The notes under the pieces were generated by a model, which saw only the letters and a list, made by a program, of their open reading frames with translations, made no database searches and was not told the DNA's origin. A stretch of 26,791 nucleotides of DNA from the NCBI GenBank assembly GCA_964567985.1, contig CAZMPV010000001.1:1-26791 (forward strand). The letters are read 5' to 3'. A program made the translations under genes and the position numbers. Source of the stretch: an uncultured Gemmatimonadaceae bacterium. GTDB taxonomy: Bacteria; Gemmatimonadota; Gemmatimonadetes; Longimicrobiales; Gaopeijiaceae. Below are positions 6,795 through 18,135 of the stretch, piece by piece (positions within the stretch are counted from its first letter, which is position 1; each line of letters opens with the position of its first letter).

Positions 6795-8252
6795 CTAGCT
6801 CCCTTGCCTGAACATGAAGACGAAATCGTTGCCGTCGTGGCGCGTGCCGGATGCGCCGCCCACGGCCCCCGCCAGGGGAACCATGTCGGTGTCGAGCACC
6901 GGGTTCTCGCCGGTGCCGCGGACGAGGAGCCGGATGAGGCGGGGCTCGGGCGTGTCCCGGAGCCGGACCGTGACCCGGTCCCGTCCGCGGTCGTACTCCA
7001 CCTCCCGGATCGGCATCTCCTCCCAGCCGTCGATCCGGTCGAAGCCCAGGACCGAGACGGCCCGGGGATCCTCGATGCTGTTCTTGGAGAGGGAGCCCCG
7101 CACCTCGAAGGTCAGCTCCTCGCCGGTCAGCTCCACCGACGCCGGCTCGACCCGGGGACCGCCAGCGTCGACGCCGGGACCGGCCCCGGTCCCGGGACCC
7201 CCGTCCCCGTTTCCGTTGCCATTTCCGTTGCCGTTCCCATTCCCGTCGCCGTTCCCGTCGCCGGGAGGCGCCCCGGCGCCGCCGGGGACGCCACAGCAGA
7301 AGAGCTCCTGGATCGTGGAGGTGGCCACGTGCACGGGCCGGACCCCGTTGTCCACCTCGGCCCCGGCCAGGCGCCAGGGATCCTCGTCGGAGTCCCGAAC
7401 CAGCCGCACCTCACCCAATCCCGCCAGGAGCACCGGGGGTCGGCCCTCCGCCGGGTAGAGAGGCGAGGGGCCGTCCCCGTCGCCCTCGGGGGCCAGCTCC
7501 ATCTCGTCCAGGGCGGCCAGGCGGCGGAAAGCCTCCAGCAGCGCCCGCGGCCGGTCGGCCGCCGGCGTCGCCGCCACCGCGGCCCGGGTGTCCAGGACCT
7601 CCTGATCGGCGGGCACCACCGAGCCGTCCTCCTCGCGGGGCTCCACCAGGCCGAAGAGGAGCCGCAGGCGGCGATAGGGGGGATCCTCCTCGTCGGAGGG
7701 CGCCCCGGGAACCAGGTGGAGCTCCACGGTCTCCAGGGTCCGGGAGTACGCGGTCTCGGCCTCGGCGCCCTCGCACGGCTCCGACATGGCCGGAACCGGC
7801 CGGCTCAGGCAGGCGCGGAAGCGCGCAACCACCCGGGCGTCGAAACGGATCTCCGTGCTCCCGTCCCCGGTGTCTTCCTCCTCAAAGTCGAAGTCCGGGT
7901 CGCCCCGGTGCTCCTGGAACCACCGGCCCAGGTCCACGCACATGGGTCGATCCAGGTGCAGCTCGTTGCCGGCCCGGTCCAGCGCCAGCCCCCGGGCCAC
8001 CTCCACCTCGCCCCGCAACGAGCCGTCCTCGAGCTCCGGAAGGGAGACCTGGAAGCCCCAGACCACGCCCTCGCCGTGGAACCAGGCGTTGTGAAGCCGG
8101 TTCTTCCCCCGGTGGTACCCCTGTTCGTCCTGGAAGTCCTGGACGCCCAGGAGCTGCCCGAAGTGGAAGCGGAGCCCCCGGAAAGGGTTGGAGGGCAGCA
8201 GCCGCACCTCCCGGTTCCCGTTGCCGGAGATCGTCGTCGCAGAATCAGACAT
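6795..8252 (-). CDS. eCIS accessory protein (fibre-base/crown-like), 485 aa, paralogous at the N-terminus to the 1450-aa protein; Gly-Asn linker; C-terminal beta-rich (Ig-like) domain
   Basis: ATG at 8250-8252 with GAGGGAGG RBS. Motif LRFHFGQLL...DF.DEQ.Y...GVVWG...GLALDRAGNELHL. GN repeat at 7200-7262. The C-terminal ~120 aa show alternating beta-strand patterns. Confidence 0.8.
   Translation of the reverse strand: MSDSATTISGNGNREVRLLPSNPFRGLRFHFGQLLGVQDFQDEQGYHRGKNRLHNAWFHGEGVVWGFQVSLPELEDGSLRGEVEVARGLALDRAGNELHLDRPMCVDLGRWFQEHRGDPDFDFEEEDTGDGSTEIRFDARVVARFRACLSRPVPAMSEPCEGAEAETAYSRTLETVELHLVPGAPSDEEDPPYRRLRLLFGLVEPREEDGSVVPADQEVLDTRAAVAATPAADRPRALLEAFRRLAALDEMELAPEGDGDGPSPLYPAEGRPPVLLAGLGEVRLVRDSDEDPWRLAGAEVDNGVRPVHVATSTIQELFCCGVPGGAGAPPGDGNGDGNGNGNGNGNGNGDGGPGTGAGPGVDAGGPRVEPASVELTGEELTFEVRGSLSKNSIEDPRAVSVLGFDRIDGWEEMPIREVEYDRGRDRVTVRLRDTPEPRLIRLLVRGTGENPVLDTDMVPLAGAVGGASGTRHDGNDFVFMFRQGS
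7200..7262 (-). repeat. Imperfect 6-bp tandem repeat encoding (G-N/D)10-G linker
   Basis: Minus strand reads GGC GAC GGG AAC GGC GAC GGG AAT GGG AAC GGC AAC GGA AAT GGC AAC GGA AAC GGG GAC GGG = GDGNGDGNGNGNGNGNGNGDG. Confidence 0.9.
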
Positions 8253-8303
8253 CGGTGGCCTCCCTCGTTTTCTGGACCGCGGGCCGCGCCCGACGCACCG
8301 TTC

Positions 8304-9629
8304 TCATCCGTCCCCCCGGACCGCGCTGAAGACCCGGGGATCGAACGCCTCTTCCAGGCCCTCCATCTGCCGGGCCAGGGCACGCCGGCGGACCTCCAGC
8401 TCCTCTCGTCGGTGCCGGGCGTCGGCGGCCTCCTGGCGGGCCCCGGCCAGGGCCTCTTCGGCGTCGTCCAGCTCGCTTTCCAGGGTGGAGGGGTCGAGGC
8501 CGGCCAGCTCGGTCAGGTCGTCCACCACGTCGTGGAAGCGGAGAAAGAAGCGCCAGACCTCGTCGGGCAGGGCCAGCTCCCAGCGCTCCAGCGCCTCGGG
8601 GTGTCCGGCGGTGTCGAAGTTGTCGAGTGCGACGGCCAGGGGTCCGTCATCGGCTTCCGCTTCCGCCAGGTCGTCCTCCTTCTGGGCCACGTCGAAGTCC
8701 TGGTCGGGATCGGCCAGGGAGTTCAGCCGGGCCTCGATCAGCGCGAAGCGCAGGTTCTCGACGTCGATGCGGGCCTCGGTGATCGCGATCTCCAGCTCCG
8801 CGGCGGTCTCCCCGTCCCCGGCGAGAGAGGAGAGCTCGTCGGCCTCGCCCGTGCCGATCTCCGGCATTCCAGCCTCCAGGAGGTCCCGGGCTCGGGCCAG
8901 GCGGTCGCCGGCGCCGCTCACGTAGGCCCGGAGCTCCGACCGCTTCCGCTGGTAGGCGGTCTCCTCTCCGGCGGCGGGATCGTCGCCCAGGGTATCGAGG
9001 GCGTCCCGGGCCGCATCGGCAAGCTTCCTGGCGTTGGACCTCCGAACCACCTCCAGCTCCCGGCGCTTCAGCGCCGCCTGGCGCAGCTTTTCCGGGATCC
9101 CGTCCTCCACCTCGGTGGTGAGATCGGAGAGGGCGCTCCCCGTGAGGAGGTCGGCGGCGTCGGCCTCGAGCGTGTCCAGCGGCGGCTGGCTCAGGAGGAG
9201 GCTCCAGCGGTCGTGGAGATCCGACTCCTCCTCGGCCCACTCCTCCAACTCCTCGGCCTCCTCCAGGCCGCGCTCGGCGGTGGAGAGGCGCGCCGACGCC
9301 GCCTCCATGGCCGAGGCCGCGTCCCGCTCCTCCGCCCGGCTTTCGTGGACCCCGGCCATGGCTTCCCGGGCCCGCATGAGGGCGTCGACCAGGTCGTCCA
9401 CCAGGTCCTCGGCGTCGCCGGGCGTGTCAGCCGCGGCCAGCCGCTCCCGGAGCGACTCGGTGTCGCTCCGGGCCTCGGAGAGCTCCTCGGCGTGGGTCCG
9501 CAGCGTCTCCCGGGCGGCGGTCCGCTCGTCGCGGGCCGAAGCCAGCGCCTGCTCCGCCTGGTCCGCCAGGTTCTGGTAGTGGCTCCGCTCGCCGGTGGCG
9601 AATTCCAGGAGCGTGGTCGGCAGAGGCAT
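8304..9629 (-). CDS. Acidic, all-helical coiled-coil protein of unknown function, 441 aa
   Basis: ATG at 9627-9629 with strong AGGGAGGAG RBS; co-oriented and in operon spacing. Ala/Glu/Leu/Arg/Asp-rich with heptad-like patterns (e.g. [44 protein letters not shown]). Confidence 0.8.
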   Translation of the reverse strand: MPLPTTLLEFATGERSHYQNLADQAEQALASARDERTAARETLRTHAEELSEARSDTESLRERLAAADTPGDAEDLVDDLVDALMRAREAMAGVHESRAEERDAASAMEAASARLSTAERGLEEAEELEEWAEEESDLHDRWSLLLSQPPLDTLEADAADLLTGSALSDLTTEVEDGIPEKLRQAALKRRELEVVRRSNARKLADAARDALDTLGDDPAAGEETAYQRKRSELRAYVSGAGDRLARARDLLEAGMPEIGTGEADELSSLAGDGETAAELEIAITEARIDVENLRFALIEARLNSLADPDQDFDVAQKEDDLAEAEADDGPLAVALDNFDTAGHPEALERWELALPDEVWRFFLRFHDVVDDLTELAGLDPSTLESELDDAEEALAGARQEAADARHRREELEVRRRALARQMEGLEEAFDPRVFSAVRGDG

Positions 9630-9656
9630 GGCTCCTCCCTGATCTCTCGCTGCGTG

Positions 9657-11674
<2,018 letters not shown>

Positions 11675-11682
<8 letters not shown>

Positions 11683-13285
11683 AGGCGAACCTCATCACCA
11701 CGCCGAGCCACGGGAGGTAGCCCGGATCCAGATCCAGGCCGGCCCGCCGGATCCCCGGCGAGACCTGCCGCAGGGGGAGGCGGACCTCGATCCAGCCCGG
11801 GTCGGCGACGACGACGGCCTCCCGTCGCACCACTTCCCGAGTCACCTCCCCCGGGCTCCGGTCCTCCAGCTCCAGCCGCTCACGCAGGCGCTCCCGCAGC
11901 CGCCGCGCTCCTTCGTCCAGGGCTTCCTCCTCTTCGCGAGCGGGAAGGGACGCCCGGGGGCAGGGGGGCCCGGCGTCGGGGCCGACTCCGCAGAAGGCCA
12001 GGACCGCCGGATCCTCCCCGGGGGCCGGGGCCAGGGTCGTGGCCAGGCGGTGTAGCACCCAGCGGAGCGGACGCTCCCCGAGGGCCGGCGCCTCCACGAT
12101 CCCGCTCCGGAGCTCGTCGTCGTCCAGGAGGTTCAGCAGGAAGAGGAGCCCGGCGAACTCCGTGCGGGCCGGGACCCGATCCCGCGCCTCCGCCCCGGTA
12201 TCCAGGTCCCCTCCCGGGCCCTCCTCGAGTCCGGGACCCGGCCCCGGGTCCCGACCGGGCCGCTCGGTCTCCTCGACCTCGCCGGCCGAGACCCCGGAGC
12301 GCCCCTCCCCGTCCCGGACGGGCCCGGGCTCGACGGGGGGGCGCTCCCGCCCGTTCTCGGCCCCGACCCCCGGATCGGCGGCGCGCCGGGACGGATCCCT
12401 GCTTCCGCCCGGCGGAGGACGGTCCAGGATGTGCCGGGCCACTGCCTGCACCGCGGCGGGGACGTCCCGGCCCCGGGCGATTGCTCCCGGGGCGCCGGCC
12501 AGGAGAGCCAGGATCGCCACCGCCCGGGCCGTGGCCGGCTCCACCCGCTCCCTCCGGCCGGCCTCCGCCAGCGCCGAGCGGGCTGCCACAGTGGCCGCCC
12601 TCGGGCCGGGTCGGGGCCGGGACGCCACATCCCGACGCTCCTCCTCCCCACCGGCGAGGACGACCCCGGCCGCGTCTTCGGCGCGCACGAGCCCTGGATC
12701 CGCCTTTGCCGCGCGCAGGGCGGCCACGGCGATCTTCGTCCAAGACGACCGGTCCAGCCGTCGGAAGAGGAGCCGGCGAGCCGGCCCGTCCTCCGCCAAC
12801 GCCTCCAACACCGACGGCGCCAGCTCGGGGCGGGCACGGAGCGTCCGGGCCGCCTCCCGGGCCGCGGCGGCGGGCGAGGGATCTTCCCCCCCGTCCCAGA
12901 GCCCCAGGGAGCGCCAGGCCCAGACCCTTCCGAAGTCGTCCCGGGGCGCCCTCCGGAGGACGTCCAGGAGCGCAGCCGAGGGAGACCGGTAGCGCACCAC
13001 ATCGGCCGCTCCCCGGTCCACGCCCCGACGGAGCTCCCGGGCGAAGGCCTCGGCCCACGCGCCGGCCAACCCCACCTCGGCCCTGGAGAGATCCGCCTGG
13101 AACGGCACCTCGATCCGGCGCACGCAGACGAGCTCCGCCCCCCCGAAGCCGGCAAGCTCCAGGCCGGCCTCCAGGGCCGAGTCGAAGGCCCGCTCCAGCA
13201 TCCCGTCCAGCCGGCGGCCCACTCTCTCTCCTCCCGAGGGGACGCGGTACCGGGCCCGGACACGGTCGATCGTCACTGCGATCAT
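11675..13285 (-). CDS. Contractile injection system tape-measure-like protein (Afp14-like), 536 aa
   Basis: Lies between the baseplate wedge gene and the ATPase, the Afp14 slot. Helical N-terminus, low-complexity middle, and C-terminal motifs FAGLLFLLNLL and RRAGLDLDPGYLPWLG..RFAY that I recognise from the CIS tape-measure family. Stop overlaps the ATPase start by 8 nt. Confidence 0.72.
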
Positions 13286-13286
13286 C

Positions 13287-15539
13287 TCAGCCCACCTCGC
13301 TGTCCCGACCGAGGCGTGCGTCTCCCACCCGGGTCGCGGGGCCGGGGCGGCCCAGGACGTCGCCGCCCCCGACCACCGACGAGTCGAGGCGCAGGGTGCC
13401 GAAGCCGCCCGTGGGTCCGACGAAGGTGCTCAGGCCCACGTGGAGCCCCCGGCCCACCCGCATCCCCTGGTCGGCGGTGCAGACATCCCAGACGGTGTGG
13501 GCCGGACGGTGGACCTCGACGATCCGGTCCACCACCTGCCGCTCCACGTCGCCCAGGGAGCGGCCCAGGAGGACCGTGAAGCGGTGGGCGTGGGTCCGGA
13601 AGGCGTCGGCGGTGGTCCCGGAGAGGGGCTCGGGGGTCTCGCTCCCCACCTCGCCCCCCACCCGGAAGCCGGCGCCCAGCACCGAGCGGGTGAAGGCCGG
13701 CGAAGACTCTCCCACGAGCTCGCCGCCCAGGCTCCGCAGCCGGAAGTGCTCCACCACGACCACCGGCTCGCCGGCGTAGATCTCCACGAAGCGGCGCACG
13801 CCGGGTACCGTTCCCCGGTGACGGAAGAGCCACGGCGCCTCGTCGATGGCCGTCCTGCGCACCTCCTCGGGCCACCGCTCGTCCAGAACCAGGCCCAGGA
13901 ACGACGCCAGCCACGGAAGGGCCTCCTCCGGCGCGCCTCGGGGATGCAGGAGCGCGTGACGCTCTCTCGCCGCGCCCTCCAGCTCCGTGAGGGTGCCGTC
14001 GACCATGGAGAGGTAGCGTCGGAGGAAGGAGGCGGCCTGCCGGTCGCGGGAGAAGACACGGGGCAGCCGCTCCAGGAGCCCGTGGCCGGGATGATGGGCC
14101 CGGACCGTGCGCACCAGAGGGGTGTGCCGGGTGTTCCCCGTCAGCTCCACGAAGACCCAGAGGAACCGCCCCGCCTCGTCGCTCACCGGGGCCTCGAGGA
14201 TGCGGAAGCGATCGTCGTCCGGGCGCGGCGACCAGGGAAGCTCGGTTCCGGCGCTCCGGCGATGGAGCGGTCCGAAGCCCTCCGGGTCGGCCGGAAGGAG
14301 GGAGGCCGGCGGCATGGGTGGCGACTCCCCCGAGAGCTCCGGGGGCGCGGACGGCCCCGCCGGGGCGGTCCGGGGGATCCGCGGCCCCTCCCCCTCCTCG
14401 TCGGCCGTGACCGTGGCGATCCGGATCGTGCAACCGTCGGGGACGCACGCCTCCATGTAGAGGCGACCCCAACGGGTCCCGTACGTCCCGCTGTCCAACC
14501 GGAAGCTCGTGACCCGGCCCCGGCGCGCGTACCGGACCCGGGCTGCCACCCCGTGGGCCGGCCCGGCGGGGGTCCAGAAGAGAATGCGGCCGTCCGGCAC
14601 GCGCACGATACCCCGGCCGTCGTAGGCCCGGGCTCGAAGGGGCCGCTCCGCCACCGGCACCGTACCGTCGAAGGCGAAGCGGAGGAAGTCCTGGTCGGCC
14701 CGCCGTGCCACCACCAGACGTCCCTGGCCGTCGAACGCCACGTCCGAGGCGCCCGGGACGTCGATCCCCCGCGCCACCCGGAGCCGCCGGCCCCCGCCGG
14801 GCTCCACGTCGGGATCGGGCTCGAGGAGGAGGACCCGGGCGTCATCGGTCGAGCCCCGATCCAGGAGGGCCAGTCGCCCCCGGGGCCCCACCGCCAGCCG
14901 GGTCGGGGCCTCTGGGGCGGGAGCGTCCGGACCTTCGCCGCGCACGGGGACCTCGCGCACGAGCTCCCAGGCGGTGAGCTCCACGAGCGCGCCGGCGTCG
15001 GACGTGACGGCCAGGACCCGGTCGCCCTCCGACGCCAGGTCCAGGGGACGGGCGCCGGCCAGGGAAACCTCGCGGAGGAGGCGGCGGTCCCGGAGGTCGT
15101 AGACCAGGACCCGCCCGCCCCCCCGCTCGGCCACGAAGAGCCGCCCCCCGGCGTCCACGGCCAGCCCCCGGGGGTCCCGGAGCGGCCCCCGGTCGGGGTC
15201 CGCCGGCCGGAAGCCGCCGGCCCCGCCGTCGTCGGGCCCTCGGAAAATGGGCAGCGTCTCCGGCTCGTCGACCCCCACCGGGCCCACGCCCCGCTCGGGC
15301 GACCAGGGCGCCGTCCGGACCACCTCCCCCCTCCCGGGCAGCGACCGGTAGACCCGGCACGCGGCGTCCAGGGCGAGCCCGGCCACCGGGCCCGCCGCCG
15401 CGGACCCGGCTCCGTCCCCGGGCTCCGGGTCGGTCCACGAGAGGCCCACGACGCCCCGGGCGTCCAGGTGCGTCCCGTCGTGGGCGCAGCGGAGCCACTG
15501 GTCCCGGGATCCCAGCAGGGCGAAGGAGCGGACGGCCAT
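13287..15539 (-). CDS. Baseplate wedge protein with C-terminal phage tail protein I (P2 gpI / Afp12-like) domain and N-terminal NHL-type beta-propeller, 750 aa
   Basis: C-terminal LLERLPRVF...FLRRYL...P...PEEALPWLASFLG...W....RR.AI..A..LFRHRGT..G is the tail-I signature. The N-terminus has NHL-like repeats such as LRDPRGLAVDAGGRLFVAERGGGRVLVYD. Follows baseplate J. Confidence 0.8.
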   Translation of the reverse strand: MAVRSFALLGSRDQWLRCAHDGTHLDARGVVGLSWTDPEPGDGAGSAAAGPVAGLALDAACRVYRSLPGRGEVVRTAPWSPERGVGPVGVDEPETLPIFRGPDDGGAGGFRPADPDRGPLRDPRGLAVDAGGRLFVAERGGGRVLVYDLRDRRLLREVSLAGARPLDLASEGDRVLAVTSDAGALVELTAWELVREVPVRGEGPDAPAPEAPTRLAVGPRGRLALLDRGSTDDARVLLLEPDPDVEPGGGRRLRVARGIDVPGASDVAFDGQGRLVVARRADQDFLRFAFDGTVPVAERPLRARAYDGRGIVRVPDGRILFWTPAGPAHGVAARVRYARRGRVTSFRLDSGTYGTRWGRLYMEACVPDGCTIRIATVTADEEGEGPRIPRTAPAGPSAPPELSGESPPMPPASLLPADPEGFGPLHRRSAGTELPWSPRPDDDRFRILEAPVSDEAGRFLWVFVELTGNTRHTPLVRTVRAHHPGHGLLERLPRVFSRDRQAASFLRRYLSMVDGTLTELEGAARERHALLHPRGAPEEALPWLASFLGLVLDERWPEEVRRTAIDEAPWLFRHRGTVPGVRRFVEIYAGEPVVVVEHFRLRSLGGELVGESSPAFTRSVLGAGFRVGGEVGSETPEPLSGTTADAFRTHAHRFTVLLGRSLGDVERQVVDRIVEVHRPAHTVWDVCTADQGMRVGRGLHVGLSTFVGPTGGFGTLRLDSSVVGGGDVLGRPGPATRVGDARLGRDSEVG

Positions 15540-15542
15540 GGC

Positions 15543-17741
15543 TCAGCACTCCGGTCGGAAGACCGGGAGGGGAACAGGGACGGGACGCCCGTCCTCGTCC
15601 GGGTCTGGATGCCGAGGCGGAGCCGGCTCCACGCCCTCTCCGGGCGGGAGCGGGTCCCCCTCCACAACCGAGACGTCCACGACGTGCGGGACCTCCCACG
15701 CTTCCATCTCCACGGTGGAGGTCTCGCTCCAGCCCCCGCCCTCCTCTCCGTCGTCGTCCCAGCGGGCCAGCCTCACGTCCCCCTCCAGGTACGCCACGCC
15801 CTCGACCTGGAGCGCCGCGGCCTCCAGCTCGGCGGCCCGGACGGTCCGCCCCAGGGGCCAGCCGTCCCCCTCGGGGCCGTACGGCGGCACCGGGGCCAGG
15901 TACTGGCGAAGCACCTTCTCCACCCAGCGCCGCACGGCCTCCAGCCCGTGGTCGGGCTTGGCCCGCACCCCCACCGAGACGGCGATCTCCCGGTACGAGG
16001 GCGGGATGACCCAGACCTCGGTGGTCAGCAGGCGCCGCGTGTCCAACCACTCGCAGACGCTCCGGATCACGCCCCGGGTGGGCCGGGGGGCATCCGGGCT
16101 GCAGGGATCCTTCCGGGGCCAGACCACGACGCTCACCACGCCCGCGGCCTCCTCCTCCCTGGTGGGCGGATGGAAGAGGGGGAGGCTCTCGGCGCGGACC
16201 AGGTCGGCGCCGGGGGTCTCCAGTGCCAGCTCCCGGAAGTCGCCCGGGGTCACGGCCCGGTCCCGGCGGCGGAGCTCGCCGGGAATCCGCTCCAGCGCGT
16301 CTTCCAGGGGCTCGTCGTCGGCGCCCCCGGTGGTGGGCAGCGGGTTGGTCACGTCCAGGTCCGGGTGGCCCGGCATCCGGTCCAGCCCCTCGGCCGGCAC
16401 GTTGCCCTCGACGCCGCCCCCGTACCGGTAGCTCCGGGCCCGGATCCGCTCGCCGATCTGGGGCGGCCGACCCCGCGCGCCGTCGCCGAAGCGAACCCGG
16501 CCCGCCTCTCGGTCCAGGAGGTAGTGGCGGTCGTCGCGCCGGCTTCCGTGGAGGCTCTCGACCGCGGTCCACTCCACCCAGCGATCGCCCTCCTCCACCT
16601 CCACCGTGAGGGAGCCCGCCAGCACAGGCGCGTTCACCAGCGAATAGGTTTGTCCGGGTTGTCCGGTCCCCGTGCCCAGGAACTCGGGCCGGGCCGTCCG
16701 GGCCTGCTCCACCTCCGAGGCGTTGACCCCCACCCAGCGCACGCGTCCCAGGGAACGGTCGTCCCGGCGGCCCGCCCGCAGCCAGAAGAGAACGCGCTCC
16801 TCCTCGTCCGGGTCTTCCAGGACCGGCGGGAAGTCGTCGGTGCCGGCGAGCTCCGGGTCGTCCTGGTCCACGGGCGCCAGGACGGTGAAGTCCTCCGGAA
16901 GCTGGAGGCGCACCACGCCCTCCCGGGTGAGCCCCCGGGTCGTGTCGCCGACGACCTGGAGGCTCCGGTATCGGGGCTGGCCGTCGTCGTCCAGCCCCGC
17001 CGTGCCCTGCCAGACCACCGTGGGCCCCGGATCTCCTTCCCCGGGACCGGGACAGGCCAGGACCCGGGAGAGCTCCGGGACCTCGGCCGCCGGCGAGAAG
17101 CCCACGTTCAGGACCTTCCCGCCCAGTGCGTCGGGGTCGGTGTGGCGCGTCCGCTGAATCGCCAGCCAGAGTCGACCGTCCACGGCCCGCCCGAAGTTCA
17201 CGGGCTCGGCGTCGGGTGCCGCGGGCTCCGCGGGCACCCGGACGTTTCGGTAGAAGGCGGGGACCTCGTCGTCGGCGTAGCCCCCCCGGGCGATGCGCAC
17301 CGCGTCGGCGTAGTCCTCCTCCTCGGGGCTCTCCGGATCCCGGCTCATGCTCCGGGCCAGGCAGATCGACGCCACCGGGAGGGCGTGCACCTCGACCCGG
17401 GTCTCGAAGGAGACGTCGCCGGCCCGGGCTTCGCTCCCCTTCTCCACCAGCGACCCGTCGGCCCGACGGGTCTCCAGCCGGACCATCCCCCGGGCCGGAG
17501 AGCCCGGCCGCAGGGGCACGTCCAGGAGCTGGAGGAAGGCGATCCGCGTGGCCTCGGGAATCTGGTTGAAGCGGAAGAGGAGGTTCTCGCCCAGGAAGGC
17601 GAAGAGCTCCAGGAGGGCGACCCCCGGGTCGCTGGCGTTGTGGTCCGTCCACTCGGGCGTATAGACCGGGATCCGGCGCAGGAGCTCCTCCCGGATCTCC
17701 TCGAAGGACCGGTCGTCCAGGATCGGCGTCGGCAGGGGCAT
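15543..17741 (-). CDS. Baseplate J-like assembly protein (Afp11-like), 732 aa
   Basis: MPLPTPILDDRSFEEIREELLRRIPVYTPEWTDHNASDPGVALLELFAFLGE...FRFNQIPE start; FGDG.RG..P; Y..GGG..GNV; TGGADDE; RAVT..DF; VRRWVE..L..YL.P. All are canonical motifs of this family. Confidence 0.93.
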   Translation of the reverse strand: MPLPTPILDDRSFEEIREELLRRIPVYTPEWTDHNASDPGVALLELFAFLGENLLFRFNQIPEATRIAFLQLLDVPLRPGSPARGMVRLETRRADGSLVEKGSEARAGDVSFETRVEVHALPVASICLARSMSRDPESPEEEDYADAVRIARGGYADDEVPAFYRNVRVPAEPAAPDAEPVNFGRAVDGRLWLAIQRTRHTDPDALGGKVLNVGFSPAAEVPELSRVLACPGPGEGDPGPTVVWQGTAGLDDDGQPRYRSLQVVGDTTRGLTREGVVRLQLPEDFTVLAPVDQDDPELAGTDDFPPVLEDPDEEERVLFWLRAGRRDDRSLGRVRWVGVNASEVEQARTARPEFLGTGTGQPGQTYSLVNAPVLAGSLTVEVEEGDRWVEWTAVESLHGSRRDDRHYLLDREAGRVRFGDGARGRPPQIGERIRARSYRYGGGVEGNVPAEGLDRMPGHPDLDVTNPLPTTGGADDEPLEDALERIPGELRRRDRAVTPGDFRELALETPGADLVRAESLPLFHPPTREEEAAGVVSVVVWPRKDPCSPDAPRPTRGVIRSVCEWLDTRRLLTTEVWVIPPSYREIAVSVGVRAKPDHGLEAVRRWVEKVLRQYLAPVPPYGPEGDGWPLGRTVRAAELEAAALQVEGVAYLEGDVRLARWDDDGEEGGGWSETSTVEMEAWEVPHVVDVSVVEGDPLPPGEGVEPAPPRHPDPDEDGRPVPVPLPVFRPEC

Positions 17742-17748
17742 CTCCGGG

Positions 17749-18135
17749 CTACTCCAGGTAGAAGGGGTAGACCAGGTTCTCGGAGCTCCGCGTCCGGAGC
17801 ACCACGTACTCGATGCGGATGAGGACCAGCGCCGGATCGTCGCCGGCCTCGGCGCTCACCGCCTTCACCTCGATGCGGGGCTCCCACCGCTCCAGGGCCC
17901 GCTCTACGTCGCGACGGATCAGTGCCCGGGTGGCCACCGTGTTGGGCTTCATCAGGTATCGTCGGAGGCCGCACCCGAACCGGGGGCGCATGACCCGCTC
18001 CCCGGGCTCGGTCTCCAGGATCAGGTGGATCGACCGCGCCACGGCGTCGACGCCCTCGGCCACGGGTAGGCGTCCCCGGGGGCCCGGCTTCAGCGGGAAG
18101 CCCCAGCCCCGGCCCAGATACTCGGCGGTGCTCAC
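17749..18135 (-). CDS. gp25/GPW-like baseplate wedge protein (Afp9-like), 128 aa
   Basis: This is the C-terminal part of the 17749..18885 ORF. True start is GTG at 18133-18135, overlapping the upstream TGA (GTGA). Motifs YLGRGWGFP, SIHLILETEPGERVMRPRFGC, ALERWEPRIEV and NLVYPFYLE are canonical gp25. Confidence 0.92.
   Translation of the reverse strand: MSTAEYLGRGWGFPLKPGPRGRLPVAEGVDAVARSIHLILETEPGERVMRPRFGCGLRRYLMKPNTVATRALIRRDVERALERWEPRIEVKAVSAEAGDDPALVLIRIEYVVLRTRSSENLVYPFYLE

Noticed and set aside
9615-9629. Shared MPLPT N-terminus of the 441-aa protein and baseplate J (17727-17741) as a common signal
   Set aside because: Only five residues. MPLP is the ordinary start of this baseplate J family and similarity does not extend further, so chance is sufficient.
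17749-18135. Lysozyme activity for the gp25-like protein
   Set aside because: The 'gp25-like lysozyme' label is a historical annotation. The family is a structural wedge/sheath initiator, and no catalytic motif is evident.
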